This document shows, piece by piece, positions 50,983 through 62,198 of a stretch of 64,000 nt of DNA. Origin of the DNA: Lepidodermella squamata (Eukaryota > Animalia > Gastrotricha). The translations under genes and the position numbers were made by a program. Position 1 is the stretch's first letter, and each line of letters begins with the position of its first letter. The stretch is taken from the NCBI GenBank assembly GCA_047495785.1, contig JBLDXI010000009.1:4712001-4776000 (forward strand), written 5' to 3'. A model generated the notes under the pieces. The model saw nothing but the letters and a program-made list of their open reading frames with translations. It was not told the origin of the DNA and searched no databases.

Positions 50983-52968
50983 CTATTGCGGCTCAGATCC
51001 AAATTTCAGCTTTCCATTCTCGTAGATGGGAATGCAGGGAGCTGGAGCTTCGTTGTTTGTAAGGCATTTCTTCGAGAAATCTGCTGAGCCATCCAAATTT
51101 CCTGATTTCAGCAGCTGGATGTTGAACTCGGTCTTTCGTTTCGATGCCCATCCCCAGCCTGGGTACATTGAGAATGGCGGGTAGGTAATGTCGCTGTAGA
51201 AAACAGTCTTCGAGCTCTTCCAGGCTTTCCAAGCGCTTATCGTTGAATTTTCCGAGTAGACCGACTGAATCTGCAAATCTCGAATGGTTAAATTCTGAGC
51301 AAGTAGTCGCGTTATGTCGACAAAGTAACGGAACGAGATTAATGTATCCCAACGCGGGGGCCATGACGTCATAGCTTGGGTTACAGTCTTAACTTGATAC
51401 ATCCTGGAATCCTGCTGAGAAACGAATGCTGAAATCGAGAATTCTTGACCCACGGTTTCTTTAGGTGGGAAAGTGGCCGTTAAGGCAGTTTGGCGGTATC
51501 GAGAGACCAAAGCTGCTGCTAGAGCCACCAAACCAGTTTGCATATCAAGCGAGCCTTCAGACTGGGCGGCGTTCATAATGTCATCAGCGTAGTTATCATT
51601 GACATCCGGGCCTCCAACCATCATGTAGTTGATATGACGATTAGCGTCTGGAGTTGCGGTAGAATGGTTCCAAGAACTATGGGTAGCTCTGTGATGCGTG
51701 TGGTTCGGCCATTTCGATCCAAACCCAACCAAATAGCTCATTTGCATCGGATTGCTGCCGAGGACGTAATTCATATGCTTCACGGCGAAATCTTCGTAAG
51801 ATTTAGCCTTCGCAGAGTCGAGGGTTTTGTTCGTATCAGCGTGTACCAACATGAGGAATGCAGCTGACATCGGGAATCGCAATGGGCCCCATGCCATTTG
51901 GTAGACGAAATGTCCATTATTAGTTTTCGGCTGTGTGTTCATGAAGTAATCAGCCCACCATTCAAATTTGGCTAGAGCTTCGGTCGAGTTGGTAAGCCGC
52001 CACAGAAGGTAGAAATTAACAGGATCTTGTGTACTGAAAGAAGGAGCACTAGACGGCCATTCGCGAAGAGCGTCTTGCGTCCTTCTATCAATCTCAGCTC
52101 TATATTGTGACTCATTTGTAGCCATGTACATAGCTAGAGCAGCAAGCAATTGTTCATCCTTGAAATCACCCCAAGATGCATAGAACGGAGCGGCCTCGGG
52201 TATGGAAGCGTCGTACTTTCCTGGGTACTTGATAGAGAAGTCGTAGAGTTCGCGGGCGTGACGTAGCGTTTCAGCTGAGTAGGTACTATTCACATTCCTG
52301 AACAGCATTGAAGTGAAAGCCAGAGCTGCAGACGCTAATCCAGTGACGTCACTTCCAGGCCTATCCGCAGTGACTTTGTAGCTAGTTCGTTGCTTGATAG
52401 GCATGAACTCAGGCGGGCCCCAATAGCCGTGATCAGTTCCATTGCCAACCATAGCGTAGAATTCGTAGGGCGACGGGTGGCATTTGATGAAGTAGTCCGA
52501 GCCCCATTTCACAACATTCAGCAACCGCTGCCATTCTTTACCAGTACTATTGTAAGTCGCCGAGTATTGAACACCACTGAAGGCTAGCATATACATCGAA
52601 TAGGCCATAGGAAGGCTGAATTTGATGAAATCCCCGGCGTCGTAGTAGCCACCGGTCAAATCGAGACCGACGTCTTTGCCGTCATCCATCGCGCTGTTGC
52701 CGCGCCAATTCAGGGTGTTGAAAGTTCCGGTGATGTTTCCAGACATCTGGCCGTAGTAGAAGGTCAGCGACATGCCTAAGACATGGGCGTAGTTGTATAG
52801 CGGCGGAGCACGGGTAGTGGTAGTAGCTTTGGTAGTAGTAGTTCTTGTCGTTGTAGTTTTCACCGTTGTTGTAGTCGTCGGTTTTGGCGTTGAAGTTCGA
52901 GTGGTTTGACAACCAGCCAAGACGACTGATGCGAGAAGCAGCGATGAAATTTGTAAAAGCTTTGTCAT
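50983..52968 (-). CDS. Secreted GH9 endoglucanase with C-terminal CBM3c, intronless, 661 aa
   Basis: DLTGGYYDAGD catalytic-base motif; WGSDYFIKCH; HTHHR; MVGGPD..YADD....SEG (acid Glu). The C-terminal module WPPR..ISFRYFVDI..YPG..IPIYENGKLKFGSEP matches the CBM3c of T. fusca Cel9A / clostridial Cel9G-type enzymes as I recall them. Confidence 0.95.
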   Translation of the reverse strand: MTKLLQISSLLLASVVLAGCQTTRTSTPKPTTTTTVKTTTTRTTTTKATTTTRAPPLYNYAHVLGMSLTFYYGQMSGNITGTFNTLNWRGNSAMDDGKDVGLDLTGGYYDAGDFIKFSLPMAYSMYMLAFSGVQYSATYNSTGKEWQRLLNVVKWGSDYFIKCHPSPYEFYAMVGNGTDHGYWGPPEFMPIKQRTSYKVTADRPGSDVTGLASAALAFTSMLFRNVNSTYSAETLRHARELYDFSIKYPGKYDASIPEAAPFYASWGDFKDEQLLAALAMYMATNESQYRAEIDRRTQDALREWPSSAPSFSTQDPVNFYLLWRLTNSTEALAKFEWWADYFMNTQPKTNNGHFVYQMAWGPLRFPMSAAFLMLVHADTNKTLDSAKAKSYEDFAVKHMNYVLGSNPMQMSYLVGFGSKWPNHTHHRATHSSWNHSTATPDANRHINYMMVGGPDVNDNYADDIMNAAQSEGSLDMQTGLVALAAALVSRYRQTALTATFPPKETVGQEFSISAFVSQQDSRMYQVKTVTQAMTSWPPRWDTLISFRYFVDITRLLAQNLTIRDLQIQSVYSENSTISAWKAWKSSKTVFYSDITYPPFSMYPGWGWASKRKTEFNIQLLKSGNLDGSADFSKKCLTNNEAPAPCIPIYENGKLKFGSEPQ

Positions 52969-53027
52969 TTCGTTATGGAGAATTGAGTTTAAAATTACAG
53001 ATTGAAATGGCTGCGTAAATTAGGGCG

Positions 53028-53035
53028 TATTTATA
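53028..53035 (-). promoter_or_regulatory. TATA box of the GH9 gene
   Basis: GGC-TATAAATA-CGCC ~60 nt upstream of the ATG; AATAAA at 50878-50883 (minus strand) ~100 nt after the stop. Confidence 0.6.
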
Positions 53036-53805
53036 GCCAGTGCACCAGTGGGCGCATTTAGTTTTTTGCCAAAAAAACCAGCATTCGTGCTGTTTGTTTC
53101 AAATGCTGCGATTAACGTGCGCACTCATTAGGCGACGCTTTTCTCGAAAAAAATGGCGTTCACTGTGGCTGTAACGTCTGTCATGAAGCAATATGTGGCG
53201 GCTTTAGGTTTTGAGACGGTTGTTTTCGTATTTGTTACGAGTCACGTGTTGCAAACGGTTTGACGTTCGAACATTATAAAAGAGTGTTAAAAGTGCCAGG
53301 ATTTAACAAAAGAATGACGTAGAAACCAACGTCAAACCACCCACAAGCAAAAAACTCAAGTTAAGTCTTCACCAAACAAAATACCACAATCCAGTGCAAT
53401 TTTGAAAATCCGAGTCCACGCAAACTCAATATTGCTATGTAAATTTGATGAATGCTAAGTTGGCCGGGTTTTCCAATCGAATGGCGCTAACTTCCGCAGC
53501 GTTTTTCGCATGGTCATGTTTCATGTTTTCGAAACTGCAACTAGCTCACGCAGTTTCTTACCAAGACCTCTACGGTAGCAGGAAAAATGATTTCCGCGTT
53601 AGTGAAAGTTTGGCGGCTGTTATGGTGCCTTATATTTTAGTGTCATTTGTTTTGCAGTAGTCTCAAAAAAGCTGACCCATTTATAACCGAAAATTTAACT
53701 TCGTAATTCACGAACGAATGCATGATAATCAGTAAATGACTTGCGTGATCACTCTAAAATGTCGAAAAATGAGTCGGTATCTAGGCCAATTTTTTAAGGT
53801 CATGT

Positions 53806-53967
53806 CTATGTGAACACAGAGGATTGTGTATCGCCCATAGGCTATGCGTACACATTGTGTGTGCGTGATTGGCTACTTGAACACTTGCGCGGTTAAATTT
53901 GGCTGTCTGTCACGCACTTTATGTACGCATAGCCATTGGGCGATACACTTTTCCTGTGTTCACATAG
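53806..53967. mobile_element. Short MITE with ~45-bp imperfect TIRs
   Basis: CTATGTGAACACAG..GTGTATCGCCC..GGCTATGCGTACA is mirrored by TGTACGCATAGCC..GGGCGATACAC..CTGTGTTCACATAG. Confidence 0.75.
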
Positions 53968-54214
53968 CCACATCCATTTTTTAATGGGCTTTTTAACTGG
54001 GCGAATTTGGCTTTATTTCTCTTTACCAATTATTATTTGATTAGGCAGGTTAACAAGGCACATTTCACGCTACTCATGGAAGGAGATAATAAAATTGCCG
54101 AAAAAGCACGTTCTAATGGTTATCAAACGTCGACCCGTTATCACGCATAGCTTTATGAGCTCGATGACACCTCCGAGTACGGATATGTACACAGTCGGTT
54201 ATTAGATCTACAAA

Positions 54215-54508
54215 ATGACAGCCAGGTCATCTAAACACCAAGTAGCTGCAGATCAACCCCGCAACGCCGATGGCCGTTTTGTAAGCTCGAAGCCAACACC
54301 CCAACGTCACCATACAGCCAGACGGGTTCTTTGTAAGTCATGTTACCAGTCCTTTCGAGATTCAAGTGGACTCCGTCGGCACTTATCCAGAGGATGCTGC
54401 AAATCGCTCTCGTCAAAACCTTCTGACGAAGTGATCGAAACTCACCTGGATTGGGCTCGAGCACATGCCAAGTCGCAAAAATCAGGGCGTCTAAAAAAAG
54501 CTCGGTGA
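54215..54508 (+). CDS. Small basic protein with one C2H2/C2HC-type zinc finger, 97 aa
   Basis: CKSCYQSFRDSSGLRRHLSRGCC fits C-x2-C-x3-F-x5-L-x2-H; AAAATG start context; AATAAA overlapping the stop. Confidence 0.55.
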   Translation: MTARSSKHQVAADQPRNADGRFVSSKPTPQRHHTARRVLCKSCYQSFRDSSGLRRHLSRGCCKSLSSKPSDEVIETHLDWARAHAKSQKSGRLKKAR

Positions 54509-54962
54509 ATAAAGAAAACAAAATGTTTGATGAGCAGGGTTTTTATTCTCTCTTTTCAGTGTTTTCAGTATTATAAATAAACAAGTATTATAATCTCTGA
54601 AACAAAAATAACTGGCATCGATTTTGTTTAAAATTAAATTTCCAGGATAAGAACACAGTCACTCTTCTACAGTCACATAAGGAAGGATACATTGATTTAT
54701 CCGTAAAATAAGTGGAAATATCTATCGAAAATCAATAGGTTTTAGTCAGCATTTTACATCAGTTACAACGGTGGGTTACAGGGTAATACACATGACAAGA
54801 TAAGTATCACCGTTTCAGCGAATTCGATATTGCCACGACTTTTCTTATCACATCTCATTTTGATCACAGATAACAATGTATAGAAAGGCGAATTTTCAAA
54901 CAACATCATCTCAGGCAGTTTACTCCTTGTTAAGAACCGGCGTTTCATGACATTATCTCTCT

Positions 54963-57206
54963 TTAATAGAGCAGGACTTGATTATTGCGGCCGTGGGTTG
55001 TTCGCGCTGAACTTGTCCGGCTGTTGACGTAGCTCAATCGATGCCCGGATTTGTTCATTATCACGAAGGGCCGTTCACTCATAGGTGAGATACGTCCACT
55101 CGTTTTGGTCTTGGTAAAGCTTTTCCTATAACAAAGATCGGAATTATTACTGAAACATAAGTTTGAAGAAGTTTCAACTTACTTGCACATGTAGACAGTG
55201 ACAAGAACAACAAGCGAGACGAGGATCAGCGCTCCGATAACAATTAGCATGACAGACCACCACGGAAGGTTATTAACCATCACATCACTCGTGTCATGGT
55301 GTTTTTGGGTTGAAGGAGGATTATCTATTACAGCCTTGGTGGTAGTGTCAATCTGCCGGCCAGCTTCTGCACCCAAATCAGCTGTTGTGCTCACTTCCTT
55401 CGTAGTGGTTTTCGATGTAGCAGTTGTAGTAGTCGTGGTACTTGAGGTTGTTGTAGTTGGCTGGGTTGATTTTGTAGTTACAGGGACATTCCTCTCAATA
55501 TCACTGATGATGCTCTTCAGAGGATCTGAGAGACTCAGTTCGATCAAAATAGGCGGGGAACTCGTCGCGATTGGCTCATGGTACGGCGTTGGGGTTTCCT
55601 CGGGCTCGGGCAGTTTTTCCGGGGTCGTGGCTCTGGTCTTGAGTTGGGTAGTCGATGAACTTCGGGATGAAGATCTCGCCATTGTCGAAGAACTTCTAAC
55701 TGCTTGCGTAGGGGTAGATTTTCTTGTTGTTGTAAGAGTTGTAGTTGTAGGGGTAGTCGTAGATTCAGTAGTAGAAGAGACAGTATCAGCTGAATTCTCA
55801 TCCAAAGCCGGGGCTGAGCATATGAACCGCATTGTTGTGATGTCTGAATCCTGAGTTCTAGTGCAAGGCCTCGATCTCCAGCCATAAACCAAATCATCCC
55901 CAGCCAACGAGCCGACAACTAAATCAGCGCATGAGTTGACTTCTGGGACAACTGGCTCATTCGGCGATGCCCAGCCTTCCCTCATGTAAAGGGCGGAATC
56001 ATCAGGGAAATACCAGTCCTTACTCGATGCGCCGATCCAAGCTAGGCTAGCTTTGATGTTAGGATCGGATAGAATTCCGGTGATCAAGTTTTGCCTTTCT
56101 TCGCTTTCAATAGTTGCGAGGCGGCCGCCGGCTTTGATGCAGAACTTATCGGCAGCCTGCCAGTTGAGCTCGGGTGTTGAGAAGTAGTAAAAACAAGCGT
56201 TCAGAGAACAGGCGGACCGGTCTGCTCCGAACGGCTGGGCTTTTGTATCTACTGGAATGATTTAAGATGGGGGAACAGGAAATTATAAGATAGTCCAAGA
56301 AATAGAACTAGAGGGTTGGCATGCACATTCACCTTTTTAATTCTATCGAATTCTATAGAAAGGGTTAGAGGTTCAGGAAAAAGGAATGGAAAGGAAAGGA
56401 AAGATGAAAGCGCATGCCATGTCCTAAGGAGATTGAAGGACGGGCAAATACTTACCGAATTTGCAGAAGAAAGGCAGTGCCATGCTGCAGCTTGTGTCAA
56501 CCCAAGGGTTCGAATTTGTATCCACCTTAATAGCCGCGCAGTTCCCACCCGTAGTCGGCCTACCAGGCAGCCAATTGTCATAGGCATCTTCTGCTACGAA
56601 GTACAACGCAGAGTTATATGCGCTACCACACTGCTCAGATCTCCGACCAGTACAAGGCGATGAGCAGTTGTTCGCAGTTTCGTCCCATACGTATTTCGGC
56701 GAGCAATAGCAATAAGAGCCGTCTTGAATAGCCGCGTAGATGTTGAAATGAAACTCATTCGACCGGTCTTGGGCGCAGAATTCAACGCATCGATCTGTGG
56801 TCATAGAATCGACCGAATATGTATTGGTCAAAGATGCGATTAAATCAGCGTTTGATTTCGCTCGAACACAGCCCTGACCTCGGACTAGGGTGCCATCTGC
56901 AGTCCAAGTCCAGGCGGTTTGCCGATATTTCAGCCCGATCATCGCATCGCTCCAGTGAAGGGTCTTTAACGAAGTAGCTAAGAAGTACTGCTCACCAGGG
57001 GAACGAACATTTGCTAAGGCTTTATTCCGACTAGCGCAGTAAGTCGAGCCTGTATCGTATAGCGACGCGTCCAGTGGTAAATCTTTGATAGGAAGTTCCA
57101 CAAATTCGAAACAGCTCGAACCAAGAAGCTTGTCGTTATCGTGAGGGCACGGCTGGCCTTGAGCGCTCGAAAGCGCTACTAGGGTGACCAAAAACGCTGA
57201 TAACAT
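54963..57206 (-). CDS. Type I membrane lectin A: CTLD[WSC]-CTLD-mucin stalk-TM-tail; exons 57206-56456, 56248-55183, 55125-54963
   Basis: Signal peptide; CTLD motifs; 8-Cys WSC pattern (GC..MT..C..C..YAAIQ.G.YCYC..C..PC.G...CG); Thr-rich stalk; TM LPWWSVMLIVIGALILVSLVVLV. Confidence 0.88.
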
Positions 57207-58602
57207 TACAATCACCTCACGATGTCACCATAATCGAGGTTTGATAAATAGGAATTTTCCAAATTAAGATATGGGGTAATGCAATTGATCAAGTAATTGT
57301 CCTATAAACTAAATATAGAAAAATTAAAAACATCTTAAGACTGCTTCTTTAGGGCACGGTGTTTACTGTGATGTGGGTAAGAAGGTTTTGTGAAAACCGG
57401 ATTTATCCCGGTGCAGAAATGCGATACAGGCGATTTTTTCACGCCTAGAGCAGCTGCTGCCTTAAGCTTGTGCAGTTTTGATGGGCGGTGTGTGGCGACA
57501 ATAAATACCGACTCGTCTTATAATGTTGTCTATATGCGTCGTCGCAATATCTGGCCAGCCGCTGGAGTGAGCGCGCGGCGCGTCGATAATTTTGCGTAGC
57601 TACCTCATCGCGGCGCATCAAATATTCAACGCAAGCAAGCTGCTAAAAGCGTGCTTTGTTTATGGCGCATTGCACGCGCGCGCTCGCGCTTTGTTTTTAT
57701 TTGCCGCATTTTGCGGTATTAGGTGCACAACCACTGGCCACTGGCATATAGGCTGGTCAGTACACTGCGTCAGGCGATACGCGTGACCGCACCATGGCGC
57801 CCATCTCTGGCGTATCGATTCGCAAACTCCCCCACTCACAAAACTTAACAAAAACGCATAGCCTTTTTACACCTAGGGAAAAACTTCGATTTTCACCATG
57901 TCGTTTTTAGATTTTGCGTTCGTTCTCATGGGAATAATTGTTCTCTGGACTATTGTCTAGCAAAAAGCACCCTGCTGTTCTGAGCGCGAGGGTGGCCAAC
58001 AATCAAAACCTGAAAAACAAACGAAAGAAGCATTTTAGGCCTTGCTGATTCTAAGCCTGGTCAGAAATTGATATAGAAAACCAAAAAATGATTTCGGTTG
58101 TTATCCAAGCTCCTCCGATTTGTACTTAACATGTATAAAGGATAAACAATCTAATGATGTATAATGAATAGAGCCGCTTTGAGGGTGAGAAATGATATTC
58201 TGGGACAAACATGCACCATCGCTCCTGCCTAGCAAACAACATAAGCCGCCATTAATCGATGTTAGATTACTGTGGTTGCCTTTCGAGGAAATTGTTCTCC
58301 TGAGACAGAGTGATCTAAAATCTAATGATTCATGTTCATTTATCATTTAAACAAGAAATCAACATTTCACCTCATCAAACCCGTTTATTTATGAAAATTG
58401 TCAAGACTAACAAAATAAGTCGAAGGAACAACAAAAAACAACAAATAGAAGCAGATGAAATTTTGTTAAGAAGACAGCCATTTTTGTTGAAAATTTTCAA
58501 AGAAAATCAATAAGAAAAAATGTGTATGCTATTGCTGCGAATTGCGCAATCATCAATTAAGTTTGCATATTTTGTTGTGTATCATACAAAATCTAATTGC
58601 TA

Positions 58603-61465
58603 TCAGTAGTACATAGTTTGACTTCGGCCAGAGTTCATTGTTGACTCGACATTTGTAGCTTCAGGCCGCCTGCTGCGCCTTTTCAGATCCGGGGAGACTC
58701 GTTTGCTGGGTTTCCTAGTAAAAAAAAAAGAAAATGAATTATTACCAAAATTCTCGAAGCATCAGCAATTTTGAGATAATATGAAAAGTGAAAATGTTGT
58801 AAAAATAAATAAGGGTAGTTGAATTGGTAAATTAGGAAATAATGTGTTAGTAAATCATGCACGAACTTTACTACGAAAATGATGACCGCTGTTAGTGCTG
58901 CAATTAACAGTGTTGCCGCGAGGACTATGAGCATAATGCCCCACCAGGGCATCTCTCGCTTCGAAGCATCTGCATCGCCATCATACGAAGAAATCGCTTG
59001 AAAGCCCCCAGCGTTAGAATCATTAACAGTAATGATAGGTTTGTTAGTGATAGTCGTAGTGCTGATGGGAGGCGTAGTGGAGTTAGTAGCATTTGTTGGA
59101 GAATCATCAATGTAATCATAAGTACTATCACTATTACCGTCTTCAGCATAATCAAGGCCTGGTTTTAGAGTGTTCAATGTAACACCAGGCCGGCGAGTTC
59201 TTTTGTTAGGATCTGGGGTTGTAGAAAGGATTCGTGACGGGGCTGAGCAGACTAGTCGATTAGGGAAGTTATCCATGTGACTGCAAGTTCGGCTCTTCCA
59301 GCCGAAAACCGGGCCTTCAGCTGTTTTGAGGACTGTAACCACCCCTTCAGCGCAGGATAACACGTTAGGGAAGGCTGGTTCGTCAGGGGATAGCCACCCA
59401 CGGAAATTAGGAACCGTATAATCACTGTAGTACCAGTCGTTGTTGCTGGCCCCAATCCAAACCTGAGAAACATTAACTAATCGCGAGACTAGGGTGTTCA
59501 CCATGTCTTGACGTTCCTGAGAGTCTGTGATACAAAATGGAGATGGTGAAGAGAACTTGGCACTGAGCCAAATCTTACCGACTGTCGCGAGGAAACCACC
59601 AGATTTACTGCAGAAGTTGTTAGCATCGGCCCAGCTTAGCTGGGGTTGCGTGTAAAGGTAGTAACATGTGTCGTTATTACCACACGCCATTGATTTCACG
59701 TTCATGATAGGTACATTACTGTTGATATCTGGAAAAAAATCTCGTATTATTATATTTTTATGAGAGGTAACTAACAACTATGACAATGATTTAAGAACGA
59801 AAGATTGAACTAAGCTAAAGGTCATAGGGCTACAACAATGAATACTGAAGGTATAACTGGGGAGAGGATTCTTGAAGCTCACACGTTTGAGTCCAATTAT
59901 CTAATTTCACAAATAGCTCTAGAGGCCTTGTGGTGACTGAATAAGCAAATCGTTTTGTGATAAAGAGTTTTCCAGCTTTGAAAAATAGGTAAAAGGTTTA
60001 CCATAGCGGCATAAAAATGGCCGTGCGTATGAGCAGCTCACATCGACCCATTCGTTGTTAGCATTGTCGACTTGAACAGCAGCGCAGCTTCCGCCGACAC
60101 TTGGTCGGCCCTTCTTCCAGTTGTCAAAGGCGAACTCTAAAAGAGGTAAAAAAAACAAAAAAGAAAATTACGCCCTTCTTTGACATTGCTGTCAGTGATA
60201 CCAAACCCACATGAATGAGGCTTATAGCGTTAAATTAGAGGCTGGCGAGGCAAGTAAAACGCCAGTCGAAGAACAAATTAGTTCCATTGGCTAGTTGGCT
60301 AGTTGGCTATTTGGTTATTTGGCTAGTATTAAAGATTGAAAATTTTGCTGAAGCACTGGAGCTCATTAAAATAATATCGTTCATCAGCCCACCTTCGTTT
60401 CTGAAGATTTTGTAGAATTCAAAATTCAACCAATTAAGTCTATCCAACCTAAGAAGTAAGAAGGGCAGTACAATAAGTATTGGGATGCCCATAAGCTAAA
60501 AGCTCATATAAGGTTAAAGCTTGGCTTCTCACTACATATAGGCAACCTGAAAGCTGCAAAGTCTGAACTTCTAGACAAGCTAGTCTACATCATTATAGAT
60601 GTTTGAAAATTTCTATGGCTTCTATGGCTAATATCGTCTCGGCTGACTGGGGCTGGCTGGAGGTAAGTATTTATAGAATCTAGAGGTCGCAAATTTGGGT
60701 TCGCTAATATGAAAATTTCTGAGCCTTAATGAAAAACCACCATTGCAACCTTAGCGGATTCAGTGATGAGCGAACTACCAAACCAATTTAAATACCGTCT
60801 ATAATAATTAGATCATCTAATGTCATTAAAAAAGCGCATTTATTTAATAAAAAATTCTTACCAGCTGTGTAGTACACATAGCTGTTCGTATAGCTACCAC
60901 ACAGCTGTTCAGGCACACCAGAACACGGCAAGTCGCATTTGGACGCCGGCTGCTTCCAAATGTGTGACGGCGAGCAGTAGCAAAACGACCCAGCCATGAC
61001 CGCAGCGAATTGATTACCGCCCTTCGAACAGTACGCAATACAACCGTCATTGCTCATCATTTGCGAATACTCGCTCGACAACTTTGAAGTATCAATATCT
61101 CGAACCTCGTTACAGCCCTGGCCTCGAAGCATAAGTGGCGAACGATCCGCCCACTTCCAGCCAGCCTTTTTATACCGAAGGCCTATCATAGCTCTAGTCC
61201 AACCTAGGGAAACGAAGCGCTTGGCTATTTCGCGTTGTTCGGCTACATTTCGTATCGTAGCCAAGGTTTTGTTTCGAGTTGCGCAAAATGCGGCAGCTGC
61301 TTCGTAAGTCATTTGCTCAGTGGCAGGCATTTCGACAAATTCGTAACAAGTTGTATCAAACAATGAGTCTGTTTGAGAGTTAGGACACGCCCTTGGAGGG
61401 GCAGGCGTGGTTCGAGCCCAGACTGCGATGAACAGCGCTGGGAAAACCACGAAAATTCTTAACAT
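58603..61465 (-). CDS. Type I membrane lectin B, paralogue of 54963-57206; exons 61465-60862, 60136-60002, 59728-59579, 59524-58867, 58714-58603
   Basis: Same domain order; TM MPWWGIMLIVLAATLLIAAL; GT-AG introns with compatible phases. Confidence 0.88.
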
Positions 61466-62198
61466 TTCAAAAGTTAGCCTAGAAAAACGGGGAAATTTGC
61501 TAGAAACTGTGTAAGAAAAACAGCTTTTTACACGTAAAGATATCTTAGAGGGAAGGCTTTGAAAAACAATCATTCGATCGAGTTACGCGCGGTTTTTTGT
61601 CTAGTTGCCGCGCAACTACTACGGCAGATGAATAATTGAGCCAGTGCGTGTAAGACATCTCAGTTTTTTGCCATTCGCCTTGATGTAGGATGTAGTTGAT
61701 CACACACAAAAAAAATCTGCCCTTTAGCTACGGCGGGCGAGTGTGTTGCGCGTAGCGACGCATTTTTGGCGTCGAAAAAGCTTTTAATTGATCACATGGC
61801 GTTGAGAAAACATAGCTTGGGTTATAGGTAAGCGTCATTTTTCCTGAGCACTCGAAAAAACACTCGGTTGAGGGCAATTTTTTCGGGCAATTTCGCGCAA
61901 GTGCGTTGAACAGTGCTAATTATATAGCGAAGCAAAATGTTGTACGACATCGGGTTTTGGTATATGCGGATTAGTTTAGGGGTCTATTAAAGCGACACAT
62001 GACCTGAAGGTCGCGTGCCATCTGCACGTGTCTGCTTTTTCTGCGAAAAATACAGAAGAATGAGCTGGCATTATAAATACGACACTCAGTTTTATTTTGT
62101 CATTGGAAAATTTCGGAAAATAAAGAAAAATCGAGGAAAAATTCACAGAATCATTAAATAATCAAATGAGAATTACGTCTAGTTTTTGCATTTTTAGC

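Noticed and set aside
50983-52968. Bacterial contaminant contig
   Set aside because: No operon context; flanked by spliced animal genes; has TATA, poly(A) signal and many N-glycosylation sequons. Read-level confirmation is still needed.
55198-55854. 218-aa Val-rich plus-strand ORF
   Set aside because: Antisense shadow of the Thr-rich mucin stalk.
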